Of a DNA stretch of 24,285 bases, positions 1 to 9,029 are shown in pieces; the first letter of the stretch is position 1, and each line of letters opens with the position of its first letter. The notes beneath the pieces were generated by a model. That model ran no database searches and was not told the DNA's origin. It saw nothing but the letters and a program-made list of their open reading frames with translations. Both the position numbers and the translations under genes were made by a program. The stretch covers positions 1 through 24,285 of the forward strand of contig MVCQ01000012.1 of assembly GCA_002059205.1 (NCBI GenBank), written 5' to 3'. The stretch is from Candidatus Latescibacteria bacterium 4484_107. GTDB lineage: Bacteria > Latescibacterota > 4484-107.

Positions 1-75
1 CCCTGGCCTTTTCGCGTCTCCGTGAAAGATCGAAAACGCTCGACGCGATAAACGGATGCCTCCGTGACAAAACCC

Positions 76-104
76 TTGACAAAACGCAGAACAAGTGTTA
101 TTAT
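76..104 (+). promoter_or_regulatory. Sigma70-type promoter upstream of the URO-D-family gene
   Basis: TTGACA (76-81), 17-nt spacer, TATTAT (99-104), with an extended -10 TG at 96-97. Confidence 0.75.
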
Positions 105-120
105 TTCCTGTCTTTCCTGG

Positions 121-143
121 TGCGCTTTGCGGCTTTGCGGTGC
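121..143. repeat. Short-period repeat arm (CTTTGCG x2 + GTG) in the presumed 5' UTR; a related arm lies at 8-27
   Basis: ctttgcg-g-ctttgcg-gtg matches the arms at 1923-1951, 12151-12180 and 22018-22047. Confidence 0.6.
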
Positions 144-247
144 ATCGGAAAGGGCTTATGATCGAGTGGAATAAGGTTGGCTTAAAACAGAGCCCCGAAC
201 GCTTCCCGAAAATCCTTCGGGCGGAGGCGACATAGAAAGGACATTCC

Positions 248-1414
248 ATGCTTGATTTCGATCCGGGGAAATACGCGGCCAAAATCGAAGCTTCCCAAAA
301 GCGGCTGGAGATTGCCCGTCGTTTTCAGGAACCCGACCGGGTTCCCATCCTGATCAGCACAGGAGGCAGCTACTACAGCCACCTGTTCGGAACTAATATC
401 CGGGACTACTACACGGATATGGACTTGAACCTGGAGGTGCAGGTTCGGGGACTGAAATGGGCGTTTGAGGAGCTTGGCGATGATCGGACGGGATACGGTG
501 TAAGCTGCGATCTCGGCCCGGTATCCGAGGGCATCTACTTCGACTGCGAACTGGAATATCCCGACGAGACGTCTCCCCGGATCGTCCCTCGACTCGAAGG
601 CCCGGAGGACATCGAGAATCTGAAAATCCCCGACCCGACGGATCACCCCGGCGTCCAGCGCGTATATCGGCAGTACGAGGAACGAAAGGCGCAGGTCGAA
701 AAGATGGGACTGAATTTGCCCGTGAACGGCGGACTCCAGATCCATCCGCCGCTGTCCGCCGCCTGCGCGATCATGGACCCGGTCAAGGTATACACGTATA
801 TGTCCACCGAGCCCGAACTGATCCACAAGCTGTTTCGCAAGTTGTTGGAGGCCTTCTTCAAGCTCCAGGATTTCCAGGATCGCTATTTCGGAATCAAAAC
901 CGAGGACATCGGTTTATGCGACGACAACTCGGCGTTCGTTTCCGATGAGATGTACCGGGAACTCGTGATGCCCTACAACATGGCGATCTACGAACGGTAC
1001 GGAAAAAAGTCGCGGTATCTGCACGCCGACGGCCCCAACGATCATCACTTCAAGACTTACGCAAACGTGATGAAATTGACCTCGATGGATATGGGGGGAT
1101 TCAGCAAGATCGAGCACGCCAAGCGATACTTGAAGGGCAAGGTGTTCTTCTCCGGCGGGCTGAATTGCAAGGATCTCTACGAGGACTTCGAAGCGGCGCG
1201 GCCGGTTGTGGAGCGCGCGATCCGCATCGGCGCGCCCGGAGGCGGTTATGCGCTGGCCATCGGAGGAGAGACGTATCCCGGGGTGAACCCGGATACGCTG
1301 ATCCGGGTGGTAGCGTACGCCAAAGAGATCGGAACGTATCCGATCCGTATTCGACGGCGCAGGGACGAATCCGGATCCCGCCCTCCGAAAACCAATCCCG
1401 ATTCGACGGCATAG
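248..1414 (+). CDS. Uroporphyrinogen decarboxylase (URO-D)/MtaA-like family protein, 388 aa
   Basis: AAAGGA RBS before ATG. Family-like segments QEPDRVPILI, ELIHKLFRKL, IGLCDD, YRELVMPY, YLHADG, FFSGGL and GGGYALA. Probably not true HemE. Confidence 0.75.
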   Translation: MLDFDPGKYAAKIEASQKRLEIARRFQEPDRVPILISTGGSYYSHLFGTNIRDYYTDMDLNLEVQVRGLKWAFEELGDDRTGYGVSCDLGPVSEGIYFDCELEYPDETSPRIVPRLEGPEDIENLKIPDPTDHPGVQRVYRQYEERKAQVEKMGLNLPVNGGLQIHPPLSAACAIMDPVKVYTYMSTEPELIHKLFRKLLEAFFKLQDFQDRYFGIKTEDIGLCDDNSAFVSDEMYRELVMPYNMAIYERYGKKSRYLHADGPNDHHFKTYANVMKLTSMDMGGFSKIEHAKRYLKGKVFFSGGLNCKDLYEDFEAARPVVERAIRIGAPGGGYALAIGGETYPGVNPDTLIRVVAYAKEIGTYPIRIRRRRDESGSRPPKTNPDSTA

Positions 1415-1525
1415 ACGTAGGGGCGAATCTTGTATTCGTCCTCTACAGACAAAAAGGGCGATCACGAGGATCCCCCCTACAAACCGAACCGTGCGGTTTA
1501 TCGCACGGGAACAGGAACCCTTCTC

Positions 1526-1879
1526 ATGCGGATTTTTCCGATCCTGCTCCTGCTCCCATTCCTGCATGCGGGCTGTTCCAGCGATCAGCGCATGACCGAC
1601 GAACAGTTCGTTGCCTTTTTGGTGGCGATGAGCCAAGCCACGAACCAATACGCCGATGCGCCGGTTCAACTGCGCGAAGCCCACGAGCGTCTCTTTCGGG
1701 AATACGGCGTCACTCCGGAAATGCTTCAGGCCACCATCGCGCACTATCAGGAGCATCCGGAAAAATGGGTGCCGATCCTGGAGCAAATCGGAGAGGCGCT
1801 GAAAAGGTCAGAAAAGAAGAAACGAGGAGATAAGCAAATAAATGAAACAGGACACGGACGAACACGGATAGCGCGATAG
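1526..1879 (+). CDS. Small lipoprotein, DUF4296-like
   Basis: Start moved from 1430 to ATG 1526. MRIFPILLLLPFLHAGC is a signal peptide with a lipobox Cys. The segment LFREYGVTPEMLQATIAHYQEHPEKWVPILEQI resembles DUF4296. Confidence 0.65.
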   Translation: MRIFPILLLLPFLHAGCSSDQRMTDEQFVAFLVAMSQATNQYADAPVQLREAHERLFREYGVTPEMLQATIAHYQEHPEKWVPILEQIGEALKRSEKKKRGDKQINETGHGRTRIAR

Positions 1880-1907
1880 CCGTGTGCATCCGCATTGATC
1901 CGTGTCC
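1850..1907. repeat. Inverted-arm element of CACGGA(T/C) units overlapping the lipoprotein stop codon
   Basis: Left arm ggacacggac-gaacacggat, right arm atccgca-ttg-atccgtgtcc. Perfect 9-bp terminal inverted repeat GGACACGGA/TCCGTGTCC. Confidence 0.75.
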
Positions 1908-1974
1908 CAAAACGCGGGGCTTCTTTGCGTGCTTTGCGGCTTTTTGGTGAGTATTTCCGCGTGAGAGCGAAAGT

Positions 1975-3282
1975 CTATCGAAGCTGAAGCAATCGAAGAA
2001 TATCGTTCTGCGTGACATAGACCATCAAAAGCAGGATCAGCGCCATACCGATCCGCTGGAGCACCATCTTTTGCTTGAGGGAAAGCTTTCGGCGCGTGAT
2101 GCCTTCCGCAGCGATGAAAAGCAGATGCCCGCCATCCAGAGCGGGAATAGGAAGGATATTTAAGAGGCCCAAATTTACGCTCAACAAAGCCATAAGCGTG
2201 AACAAACTTTCTATCCCCAAACGCGCTTGCTCTCCGGCCATCTGAGCGATCATCACGGGGCCGCCGAGCAATTTTGGAGAAATCCCCCCGCTGATCAATC
2301 CCCGCATAATATCCACGATACCCGCAGTTACGAGAACCGTCTGCTTCGCGGCCAGCCAGAGCGCGGCGAACGGTCCTACGCGCTTCTGAGCCATCTGCAA
2401 TCCCACTCCGATCCTTCCGTATTCCACTTTTTTATTCTCCAGATCGAATCCGGTCTTCACCTCCGGAACGATCTGAGCCTTATGCACCTGAGTCCCGCGC
2501 TTCCACTCCAACGTCACCGGCTGTCCGGGATGCGCCCGGATAATCTCCGTCATCTTCATCCACCCGACGGGCTCTCCATTCACGGAAATGATCCGATCTC
2601 CGGCCAAAAGTCCGATACGTGCAGCCGGGCCGTCCTTCATCACCGATCCGATCCGCGCCGGAATAAACGGAGCGATCCCGAAGGATTCCAAGGCTCCCTC
2701 ACGGCCATCCACCTCGAGATCGAGGACGCGATCCCCGCGCAGAACCTGTATGGAAAAGACCGTCCCCTTCATTCCGGAAAGCGCCTCCACCACGCCGGTC
2801 CAATCGGACACCTCCCGATCCCCGACCGACACGATGCGATCCCCGGCCTGAACGCCTGCGATCCAGGCCACCGATCCCTTTTCCACCGTGCCCACCTCGG
2901 TCGTCGGGGGTACGGATACGCCGTCCGCGAGCACGAAAATAAAAAAGATACAAAAAGCCAGAATAAAATTCATGGCCGGGCCGGCTGCAATCACGCCTGC
3001 CTGCACGTGAGGCGCTTTCGAGCCGAATTCCCACGGCTTCCCCGTGCTCTCCGCTTCGCCCACGTCCGACTGACCGGACATTTTTACGTACCCTCCGAAC
3101 GGAATCCACGAGAGGCAGTACTCGGTCTCTCCGAATTGCCATCCGATCATTTTAGGCGGATACCCCAACGAGAAGCGCTCCACCCGAATTCCGGAAGCTT
3201 TGGCCACGGCAAAGTGCCCCAGTTCGTGCACAAAAATCAAAACTCCCAATACGAAAAGAAAAGATAGTGCGGTAGTAATCAC
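1975..3282 (-). CDS. rseP: RIP metalloprotease RseP
   Basis: HELGH zinc motif, two PDZ-like domains, NILPIPALDGG. GTG start with AGGAG RBS. Follows dxr as in the canonical cluster. Confidence 0.95.
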   Translation of the reverse strand: MITTALSFLFVLGVLIFVHELGHFAVAKASGIRVERFSLGYPPKMIGWQFGETEYCLSWIPFGGYVKMSGQSDVGEAESTGKPWEFGSKAPHVQAGVIAAGPAMNFILAFCIFFIFVLADGVSVPPTTEVGTVEKGSVAWIAGVQAGDRIVSVGDREVSDWTGVVEALSGMKGTVFSIQVLRGDRVLDLEVDGREGALESFGIAPFIPARIGSVMKDGPAARIGLLAGDRIISVNGEPVGWMKMTEIIRAHPGQPVTLEWKRGTQVHKAQIVPEVKTGFDLENKKVEYGRIGVGLQMAQKRVGPFAALWLAAKQTVLVTAGIVDIMRGLISGGISPKLLGGPVMIAQMAGEQARLGIESLFTLMALLSVNLGLLNILPIPALDGGHLLFIAAEGITRRKLSLKQKMVLQRIGMALILLLMVYVTQNDILRLLQLR

Positions 3283-3308
3283 AGTGTATTTCTCCTTTTA
3301 TCGTCTCC

Positions 3309-3357
3309 GCGGATTGCGGGTTGCGGGGTTCACCAATCACCAATCACCAATCACCAA
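3309..3357. repeat. Heptamer tandem arrays: GCGG(A/G)TT-like x3, then TCACCAA x4; overlaps the dxr 3' end
   Basis: tcaccaa at 3330, 3337, 3344 and 3351; gcggatt-gcgggtt-gcggggt at 3309-3329. Confidence 0.85.
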
Positions 3358-4485
3358 TTCCTCGCTGGCCCAACGATCCGCTTTTAGAATATCCTCTAAG
3401 CCCGGATGGGCGATCACCTCATGCCGGGCCATGGTGCGCTCGTTGAGTTCGGCGATGCGGGTAAACGGGATGCGCTCGTCTAAGAAGGCCCGGACGGCGA
3501 CTTCGTTGGCGGCGTTGAGTACGGCCGGCATCGTGCCTCCGATCCCCAAGGCCTGATAGGCCAGGTTCAGACAAGGGAACCGCTTCCGATCCGGCGACTC
3601 AAAGGACAGTGTGCCCAATGCCGCCAAATCCAAAGGAGTCGCCTGCCGGGGCCATCGCTCCGGATAGGTCAGCGCAAGCTGGATGGGCAATCGCATATCC
3701 GGTGGACTCAACTGGGCTAAGGTGGAGCCGTCCACAAATTCTACGAGAGAATGGACAATGGATTGGCGATGGACCACTACCTGAATGTGATCGGGAGCCA
3801 TGTCGAAAAGCCAGTGCGCCTCGATGATCTCCAACCCTTTGTTCATCATTGTAGCCGAGTCCACCGTCACCTTGGGGCCCATGTTCCACGTGGGATGATC
3901 CAACGCGTCCTTCGGCGTGATCGAGGCCATCCGTTCCGCGGACCAATCTACAAAAGGCCCGCCCGAAGCGGTCAGCATCAGCCGCCGAATGGCCGGGTGA
4001 TCGCTCCCGGCAAGGCACTGCCAGATCGCGCTGTGCTCGCTGTCCACCGGCAACAGCCGCACGCCCCGTTCCCGGACCCGCTCCATCACGAGCGCGCCCG
4101 CCATCACCAGCGACTCCTTATTGGCCAGCGCCACGTCCATGCCCCGTTCGATGGCTTTCATCGTGGGCAAAAGTCCCGCCGCTCCGACCAACGCATTCAC
4201 CGTTAAATCCGCCGCAGTTTCCTCGATTAGTTCCAGAACCGCATCCGGTCCGCCGAATACCCGAATCCCCAACGGGGTCAAAGCGCTCTTCAGCGCAGGG
4301 ACCGCCACCGGGTCTCCTATCGCCACCGCACCGGGCCGATAGCGTTTTGCCTGCTCCAACAACAGCCCGGCATTCTTCCCGGCGCTCAATCCCGCCACCG
4401 GGAACCGATCCGGGAAGTGATCCACCACGTCCAACGTGCTGGTTCCGATAGAGCCTGTGGAGCCTAAGATGAGGATACGCTTCAA
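3337..4485 (-). CDS. dxr: 1-deoxy-D-xylulose-5-phosphate reductoisomerase
   Basis: ILGSTGSIG, LANKESLV, PVDSEHSA, HPTWNMGPKVTVDSATMMNKGLE. TTG at 4485 preferred over 4497 because of GGAG RBS spacing. Confidence 0.97.
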   Translation of the reverse strand: MKRILILGSTGSIGTSTLDVVDHFPDRFPVAGLSAGKNAGLLLEQAKRYRPGAVAIGDPVAVPALKSALTPLGIRVFGGPDAVLELIEETAADLTVNALVGAAGLLPTMKAIERGMDVALANKESLVMAGALVMERVRERGVRLLPVDSEHSAIWQCLAGSDHPAIRRLMLTASGGPFVDWSAERMASITPKDALDHPTWNMGPKVTVDSATMMNKGLEIIEAHWLFDMAPDHIQVVVHRQSIVHSLVEFVDGSTLAQLSPPDMRLPIQLALTYPERWPRQATPLDLAALGTLSFESPDRKRFPCLNLAYQALGIGGTMPAVLNAANEVAVRAFLDERIPFTRIAELNERTMARHEVIAHPGLEDILKADRWASEELVIGDW

Positions 4486-4525
4486 AGCAATCTCCAATGG
4501 GAAGCAAGGTTCAGGAAATAGAATA

Positions 4526-4567
4526 AAACGTGAAACGTAAAGTGTGAAACGTGAAACGTGAAACGGG
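4526..4567. repeat. Heptamer tandem array (AAACGTG)x6, imperfect
   Basis: aaacgtg aaacgta aagtgtg aaacgtg aaacgtg aaacggg; abuts the cdsA stop codon (4568-4570). Confidence 0.85.
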
Positions 4568-5398
4568 CTAAATCATTCCTGCAATTTTCAGATATAGGTA
4601 TGCCAACGGCCCGGCGAAAAACAGGCTGTCGAAACGGTCCAGGATGCCCCCGTGTCCGGGAAGCAGCGCGGAGGAGTCTTTGACCCCCGCATCGCGCTTC
4701 AACAAGGATTCCGTTAGATCGCCCACCTGTCCCCCGATGCCGACGATTGTGCCGAGGGCTATATTATGTCCCATCGAAAGAAAAGCGGTGAAGGTGTGCG
4801 CAGATACAACCGCCACGAACAACGATCCCACAAATCCTCCGATCGCGCCTTCCACCGACTTTTTGGGACTGACTCTTGGAAAAAGCCGGTGCCGCCCGAA
4901 CGGTCGTCCCACAAAATAGGCGGCGGTGTCCATCGCCCACAACATCATAAAGAGCAGCATCACCACGCGGCCCGATTCGCTGTAAGAGAACCTTCCCGTT
5001 CCCTCCCGGATCAACAACAGGGCGCCGCCCGCTATGCCGAGATACCACACGCCGAGAAGCGTTCCTCCCACGTTCGAGATCGCCGATCCCGCCTCTTTGC
5101 GTCCAAGCTCCACCGTGAGAAGCACGATTACGATACCGATCAACACCGGCACGACCGCGTCGCTTTTCCCGAAGAAAAACGCCGAGGAGAGGGCCAACGC
5201 GCCCAGCACGCCCAGCACCCGGTTCGGCTGCAGCCCTTTAGCCCGCTCCAAACCGAACAATTCGAGCGCTCCGAGGACGATCACACCGTCCACGAAAAGG
5301 AGGAACAATAGCCCTCCTTTTGCCGAGACGAACAAAATAAGGGGAATCGCCACCACGCCGACGAGTATCCGTTTCCAGAGATTTGAGATTTCAGGCAC
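4568..5398 (-). CDS. cdsA: Phosphatidate cytidylyltransferase
   Basis: Multiple hydrophobic helices; SPKKSVEG and DSSALLPGHGGILDRFDS motifs. Confidence 0.95.
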   Translation of the reverse strand: MPEISNLWKRILVGVVAIPLILFVSAKGGLLFLLFVDGVIVLGALELFGLERAKGLQPNRVLGVLGALALSSAFFFGKSDAVVPVLIGIVIVLLTVELGRKEAGSAISNVGGTLLGVWYLGIAGGALLLIREGTGRFSYSESGRVVMLLFMMLWAMDTAAYFVGRPFGRHRLFPRVSPKKSVEGAIGGFVGSLFVAVVSAHTFTAFLSMGHNIALGTIVGIGGQVGDLTESLLKRDAGVKDSSALLPGHGGILDRFDSLFFAGPLAYLYLKIAGMI

Positions 5399-5401
5399 GG
5401 C

Positions 5402-5578
5402 TTACCTTTTTCTTCGAACAGCCCTTGCGAGCCTTGACTTCAAACACCCTGCGATAGCCTCGGAGATATTTAAGGCCCCCTCTACACTATCCCCTTGAGA
5501 ACAGCAACCCGGCAGGAGCGCGAAATCAAATACGTATCCTCCTTGCTCCCCAGGCTCAATAACGATCACAGGCTCCAC
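5402..5578 (-). CDS. hicB: HicB-family antitoxin, orphan and possibly degenerate
   Basis: PVIVIEPGEQGGYV..LLPGCCSQGDSVEGALNISEAI matches the HicB N-terminal motif. GTG at 5578 lies downstream of an AGGAG. The ORF-track N-terminal extension comes from a repeat arm. Confidence 0.65.
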   Translation of the reverse strand: MEPVIVIEPGEQGGYVFDFALLPGCCSQGDSVEGALNISEAIAGCLKSRLARAVRRKR

Positions 5579-5636
5579 ATCCTTCTCCTTTTTGGCCTTC
5601 TCCGTGTCTCCGCGGTGCGGTTCCCTTTTCCGTCGT

Positions 5637-6401
5637 TTATCCCTTAATTTGCTCACTCGTACGCCCGAACCGCCGCTCGCGTCCCTGATAGCTCTCGATG
5701 GCCCGGTAGAGATGCTCCCGTCTGAAGTCCGGCCACAGCACGTCCGTCACGTAGATTTCGCTGTACGCGATCTGATAGAGCAGGAAGTTGCTCAGCCGCA
5801 TTTCCCCGGAGGTTCGGATGAATAGATCCGGATCGGGCAGTCCCGCAGTGTAGAGGTGATCGGAGATGCACTGCTCGGTGATCTGCTCCACGGTGAGTTC
5901 GCCGCGCTCGATCTCGGAGGCCATCCGGCGGCAAGCATCCACGATCTCCGTGCGTCCTCCGTAGTTCAACGCCAGATTCAGGATCAGCCCCGTATTTCCG
6001 GCAGTGCGCTCGATCGCATATCGCAAGGCCTCCCGACTGATTTTCGGAAGTTCATCGGTTCGTCCCACGGTGATCATCCGCACGTTGTTCTCCATCAACT
6101 CCGGCAGCTCCTCGCGCGCGGCATCCCGAAGAATCCGCATCAAAGCCAGCACCTCTCCCCACGGACGATTCCGATTCTCCACCGAGAAGGCATAGAGCGT
6201 CAACACCTCGATGCCCAATTGGCCGCTCGCCTCCACCACACCTCGCACAGCCTCTTTGCCCGCTCGATGGCCCTCGCTCCGATCCAATCCCCGCTCTTTT
6301 GCCCATCGTCCGTTTCCATCCATGATGATGGCGATGTGCCTCGGCAGATTCCCTTTTGCCCGAAGCTGGTTCTGAATGGTCTGATCCGCTTCCCGATCCA
6401 A
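5637..6401 (-). CDS. uppS: Undecaprenyl diphosphate synthase (cis-isoprenyl transferase)
   Basis: HIAIIMDGNGRWA and IRTSGEMRLSNFLLYQIAYSE. TTG at 6401 with AGGAG RBS preferred over ATG 6455. Confidence 0.95.
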   Translation of the reverse strand: MDREADQTIQNQLRAKGNLPRHIAIIMDGNGRWAKERGLDRSEGHRAGKEAVRGVVEASGQLGIEVLTLYAFSVENRNRPWGEVLALMRILRDAAREELPELMENNVRMITVGRTDELPKISREALRYAIERTAGNTGLILNLALNYGGRTEIVDACRRMASEIERGELTVEQITEQCISDHLYTAGLPDPDLFIRTSGEMRLSNFLLYQIAYSEIYVTDVLWPDFRREHLYRAIESYQGRERRFGRTSEQIKG

Positions 6402-6436
6402 TCCGGTTTCTCCTTTGCTCGATAGGAAACTGATAA

Positions 6437-6466
6437 TTTCACCGCAGAGATGCAAAGAACTTCAAA
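6437..6466. repeat. Left arm of the CACCGCAGAG-type short-period element
   Basis: tttcaccgcagagatgcaaag; 18/21 identical to 8901-8921 (tttcaacacagagatgcaacg). Confidence 0.6.
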
Positions 6467-6586
6467 ATTCTTATCGGAGCTTTCTCTGTAATTTCCACGT
6501 TGGTGGCACCCTCAAACGTTGGGTTAGCCCATTTAGCTCCGTAGCCAAGCCTTGCAAGCTCGTCCTGAAACGGCCCCGCGCTCACG

Positions 6587-7069
6587 TCAGCCCTGATCAG
6601 AGTGCTTGCGCAGTTGCTCGACGGCCAGTTCCACAACCGCCCTTGTGACGAAAAGGCTGCTCACGTCGTAGAGATCGGTGATGTGACGCTCCGCTTCCGC
6701 CAGCGAGATATGTCCCAGGCAGTAAGCTCCGACCACGATACCGAGAGAGCCCACCGGTGTCAGGCTCAGACGCTTGGCCTGCTCCCGCACAGCCAGGTCA
6801 TCGGTCAACAAAATGGACACCCCTATCTGCTGGCAAGGGTAAAGGGATTCGCATTCACCAGCATGCAGATTTTCAAGACCGTTTTCCCGGATGAACTGTG
6901 TGCCCTCTGATTGGAGCAGGGTGTGCCGTTGAACAATGCTCAGCCCCAAAACATCGCCTTGCAGAACACGATCCTGTTCGACGGTCTCCGACCACACTGC
7001 GTTTGGGATGTGTAGCGTGTCAAAGATACGAAGAAACGGGAGACCACCGATTTCGGCCAGATGAATGAT
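6587..7069 (-). pseudogene. 5'-truncated PIN-domain (DUF3368-like) gene
   Basis: In-frame extension upstream of the ORF-track start reads IIHLAEIGGLPFLRIFDTLHIPNAVWSE, followed by LHAGECES and ILLTDDLAVREQAKRLSLTPVGSLGI. There is no start codon or N-terminal xDxxP motif before the upstream in-frame TGA near 7131. Confidence 0.7.
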
Positions 7070-7129
7070 TCTGTCGATTTGGTCCTTTTTTGAATTGGCG
7101 TTCTTTGGGGCGTCAATCTCCGAACTCAG

Positions 7130-7513
7130 TCATGCCTTCTTTGAAAAAACTCTGAAGCGCTTGATATTTGAAATAGTAGGCGATCTGATATAAAAAAAGA
7201 CCTCTAAAGCTCAATATTCGGCTTCTGTGCCTAAAAACAATGGTAATCCTACCATTTTAGGCACCAAGTAGGCATACTGCTTCCCATGCCGGATGAACCG
7301 CTTGACGTTACAGGCAAGTGCGGCGAATATCAGTTGTAACCTGGTCCTGCCCTGTTTTCGGTGCTGCGATTTTTTCCTGCCATGCGCACGCGTTAACCCG
7401 GAAACGGTGGCTTCGGCCCCGGCCCGGACGGCGCATTCTTTGCGATAAGTCTCATCGCTCATATATCGGTGATGGCGGGCTGCTCCGGCAACCTCGGCTT
7501 TGATGATCATCAT
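7130..7513 (-). mobile_element. IS remnant: C-terminal fragment of an IS1182-like DDE transposase plus probable right end
   Basis: YRKECAVRAGAEATVSGLTRAHG...RLQLIFAALACNVKRF resembles the C-terminal DDE segment of IS1182-type transposases. No N-terminal part is present. The end position is approximate. Confidence 0.65.
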
Positions 7514-7697
7514 CCCAATATCAGTTTCAATACTGATGTAGCAGAGACTGTTTTTCCTACAATACTGGAGCCATCTATTACGCTCCCAATACTACCATTA
7601 GAAGTATTAGCTTTTTCATCTTATCCTCCCTCTGGTGCTTGTCGTTTTTAGTTTTCAAGGCAACGTTTTATACCAACTCACCTTCAGGTTTTTCTTT

Positions 7698-7809
7698 TTT
7701 CACCGCAAAGTGCGCAAAGCCCGCAGAAGGAAGAAAGTGAGAAAGTGAGACGGCGAGCCTCCCACTTTCCGGGGAGGCTCTCTGCGTTCTCCGCGTCTCT
7801 GAAGTGAAA
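7698..7809. repeat. Composite palindromic element: CGCA(A/G)AG arm, GAAAGTGA octamers, 9-bp hairpin, inverted arm
   Basis: Left arm tttcaccgcaaag-tg-cgcaaag-cc-cgcagaa. Hairpin GAGCCTCCC/GGGAGGCTC at 7755-7780. Right arm ctctgcg-tt-ctccgcg-t-ctctgaagtgaaa. A second copy lies at 21972-22046, reverse strand. Confidence 0.85.
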
Positions 7810-7818
7810 TTTTTCCGC

Positions 7819-8880
7819 CTAACGCTCCGGCCTGTACGACCGGGACACGCCGCCGTAGAATCCGCTTTTCTTACGGGCCGCTTCGGTGATGCGAACGACC
7901 TCGCGAGCTTCGCCGAGCAAGATGTCCTGCCCGGCTCCTTCCCGGAGGACGGCATATACGTTGTCGTAGAGATCATAAGGCACCGCACCCTCTGAAGGCA
8001 CGGTCTTTTCCTCCCAGGGGATCTCATCCGCATTGCCATATTTTCGTCCGACTGCAGGCCCCCTTACAACGCTCAGATCGCTCAGTTTCTCCGGATCAAA
8101 GTATTTGATCCGGCTCGTTGTCCCATCCGAGGTCAGGGTCCCGTGCGTTCCCAACAGCGTCCACTTCGGCTCCGAAGCGTTGCAGGAAGAGGACACTTCG
8201 AGGTCCACGATCCGACGGTTCGTTCCCCGAAGAACGAGCTTCACGTGATCCTCCACGTCGCCCACGTCCGAGATCAGCTTGAGATCGCTGAACGTCTCCG
8301 CCACCGGGGCCTCGAGCAGCCGGAGCGCGAGGTCTAAGAAATGCGGGCACGTGTTGTTCAGCACGCCGCCTCCGTAAGCCCGCAGCGTCTGCCAGTCGTT
8401 CCGACGGGAGAACCCTAATAGCCGGATGTGGATCTCAAATACGTCCCCGATGAGACCGCTCGCCATCACTTCTTTTATGTGCCGGGCATCCTTCGTGTAC
8501 CGATAGTTGAAAAATACAAACAGCTTCTTGCCCACCGCGTCCCGCGCCGCTGCCATGCGATCCACCTGTGCGGTGCTCATGGCGATGGGCTTCTCCACTA
8601 ACACGTGGCGGCCCGACGACAGCGCCTCCGTGGCGATGGGAGCATGCGTGAACGAATAGGACGACACTACCACCAACTCCGCATCCGCGGCCTTGAGCAG
8701 ACTCATGTGATCCGAAAACACCGCACAGCCGAACTCCGCCTGAGCTTCCTCCCGGCGCTCCGGGAGAAAATCAGCCACGGCGGTGATCTGAAACCGCTCG
8801 TCTCCGCGCATTCGTTTCACGTGGATGTCCCAGCCGGAACGTCCCAGTCCGATCACGGCGACTTTAATGGGGTTGTTCAT
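7819..8880 (-). CDS. Gfo/Idh/MocA-family NAD(P)-dependent oxidoreductase
   Basis: VAVIGLGRSG Rossmann motif, VLVEKP, GGGVLNNTCPHFLD; AGGAGG RBS. Confidence 0.92.
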   Translation of the reverse strand: MNNPIKVAVIGLGRSGWDIHVKRMRGDERFQITAVADFLPERREEAQAEFGCAVFSDHMSLLKAADAELVVVSSYSFTHAPIATEALSSGRHVLVEKPIAMSTAQVDRMAAARDAVGKKLFVFFNYRYTKDARHIKEVMASGLIGDVFEIHIRLLGFSRRNDWQTLRAYGGGVLNNTCPHFLDLALRLLEAPVAETFSDLKLISDVGDVEDHVKLVLRGTNRRIVDLEVSSSCNASEPKWTLLGTHGTLTSDGTTSRIKYFDPEKLSDLSVVRGPAVGRKYGNADEIPWEEKTVPSEGAVPYDLYDNVYAVLREGAGQDILLGEAREVVRITEAARKKSGFYGGVSRSYRPER

Positions 8881-8924
8881 ATTACTTCCTCCTTTTTATG
8901 TTTCAACACAGAGATGCAACGTCT

Positions 8925-9015
8925 TGGGATTCGGTAATACGGAATGTTCAATCCGGAATCCGAAGTCGAACTATGGGTTTTCAATCCGAAATCCGCAATT
9001 CACAATCCGAAATCG
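8925..9015. repeat. Degenerate heptamer arrays of (C/A)AATCCG type
   Basis: caatccg gaatccg ... caatccg aaatccg caattca caatccg aaatcg; resembles 16635-16676. Confidence 0.75.
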
Positions 9016-9029
9016 TCTCACCTTCCCTC

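Noticed and set aside
105-247. Cobalamin or other riboswitch in the leader of the URO-D-like gene
   Set aside because: No B12-box or other recognisable riboswitch core; the structure present is explained by the repeat arm
6439-6636. 65-aa ORF containing FQDELARLGYGAKWANPTFEGATNVEI, which looks protein-like
   Set aside because: No RBS, it overlaps the PIN gene and a repeat arm, and I recognise no family; it could still be a gene fragment
7515-7619. Stop-codon recoding of the MKKLILL... frame
   Set aside because: TAA, TAG and TGA all occur in that frame, and all three are used as normal stops elsewhere in the window
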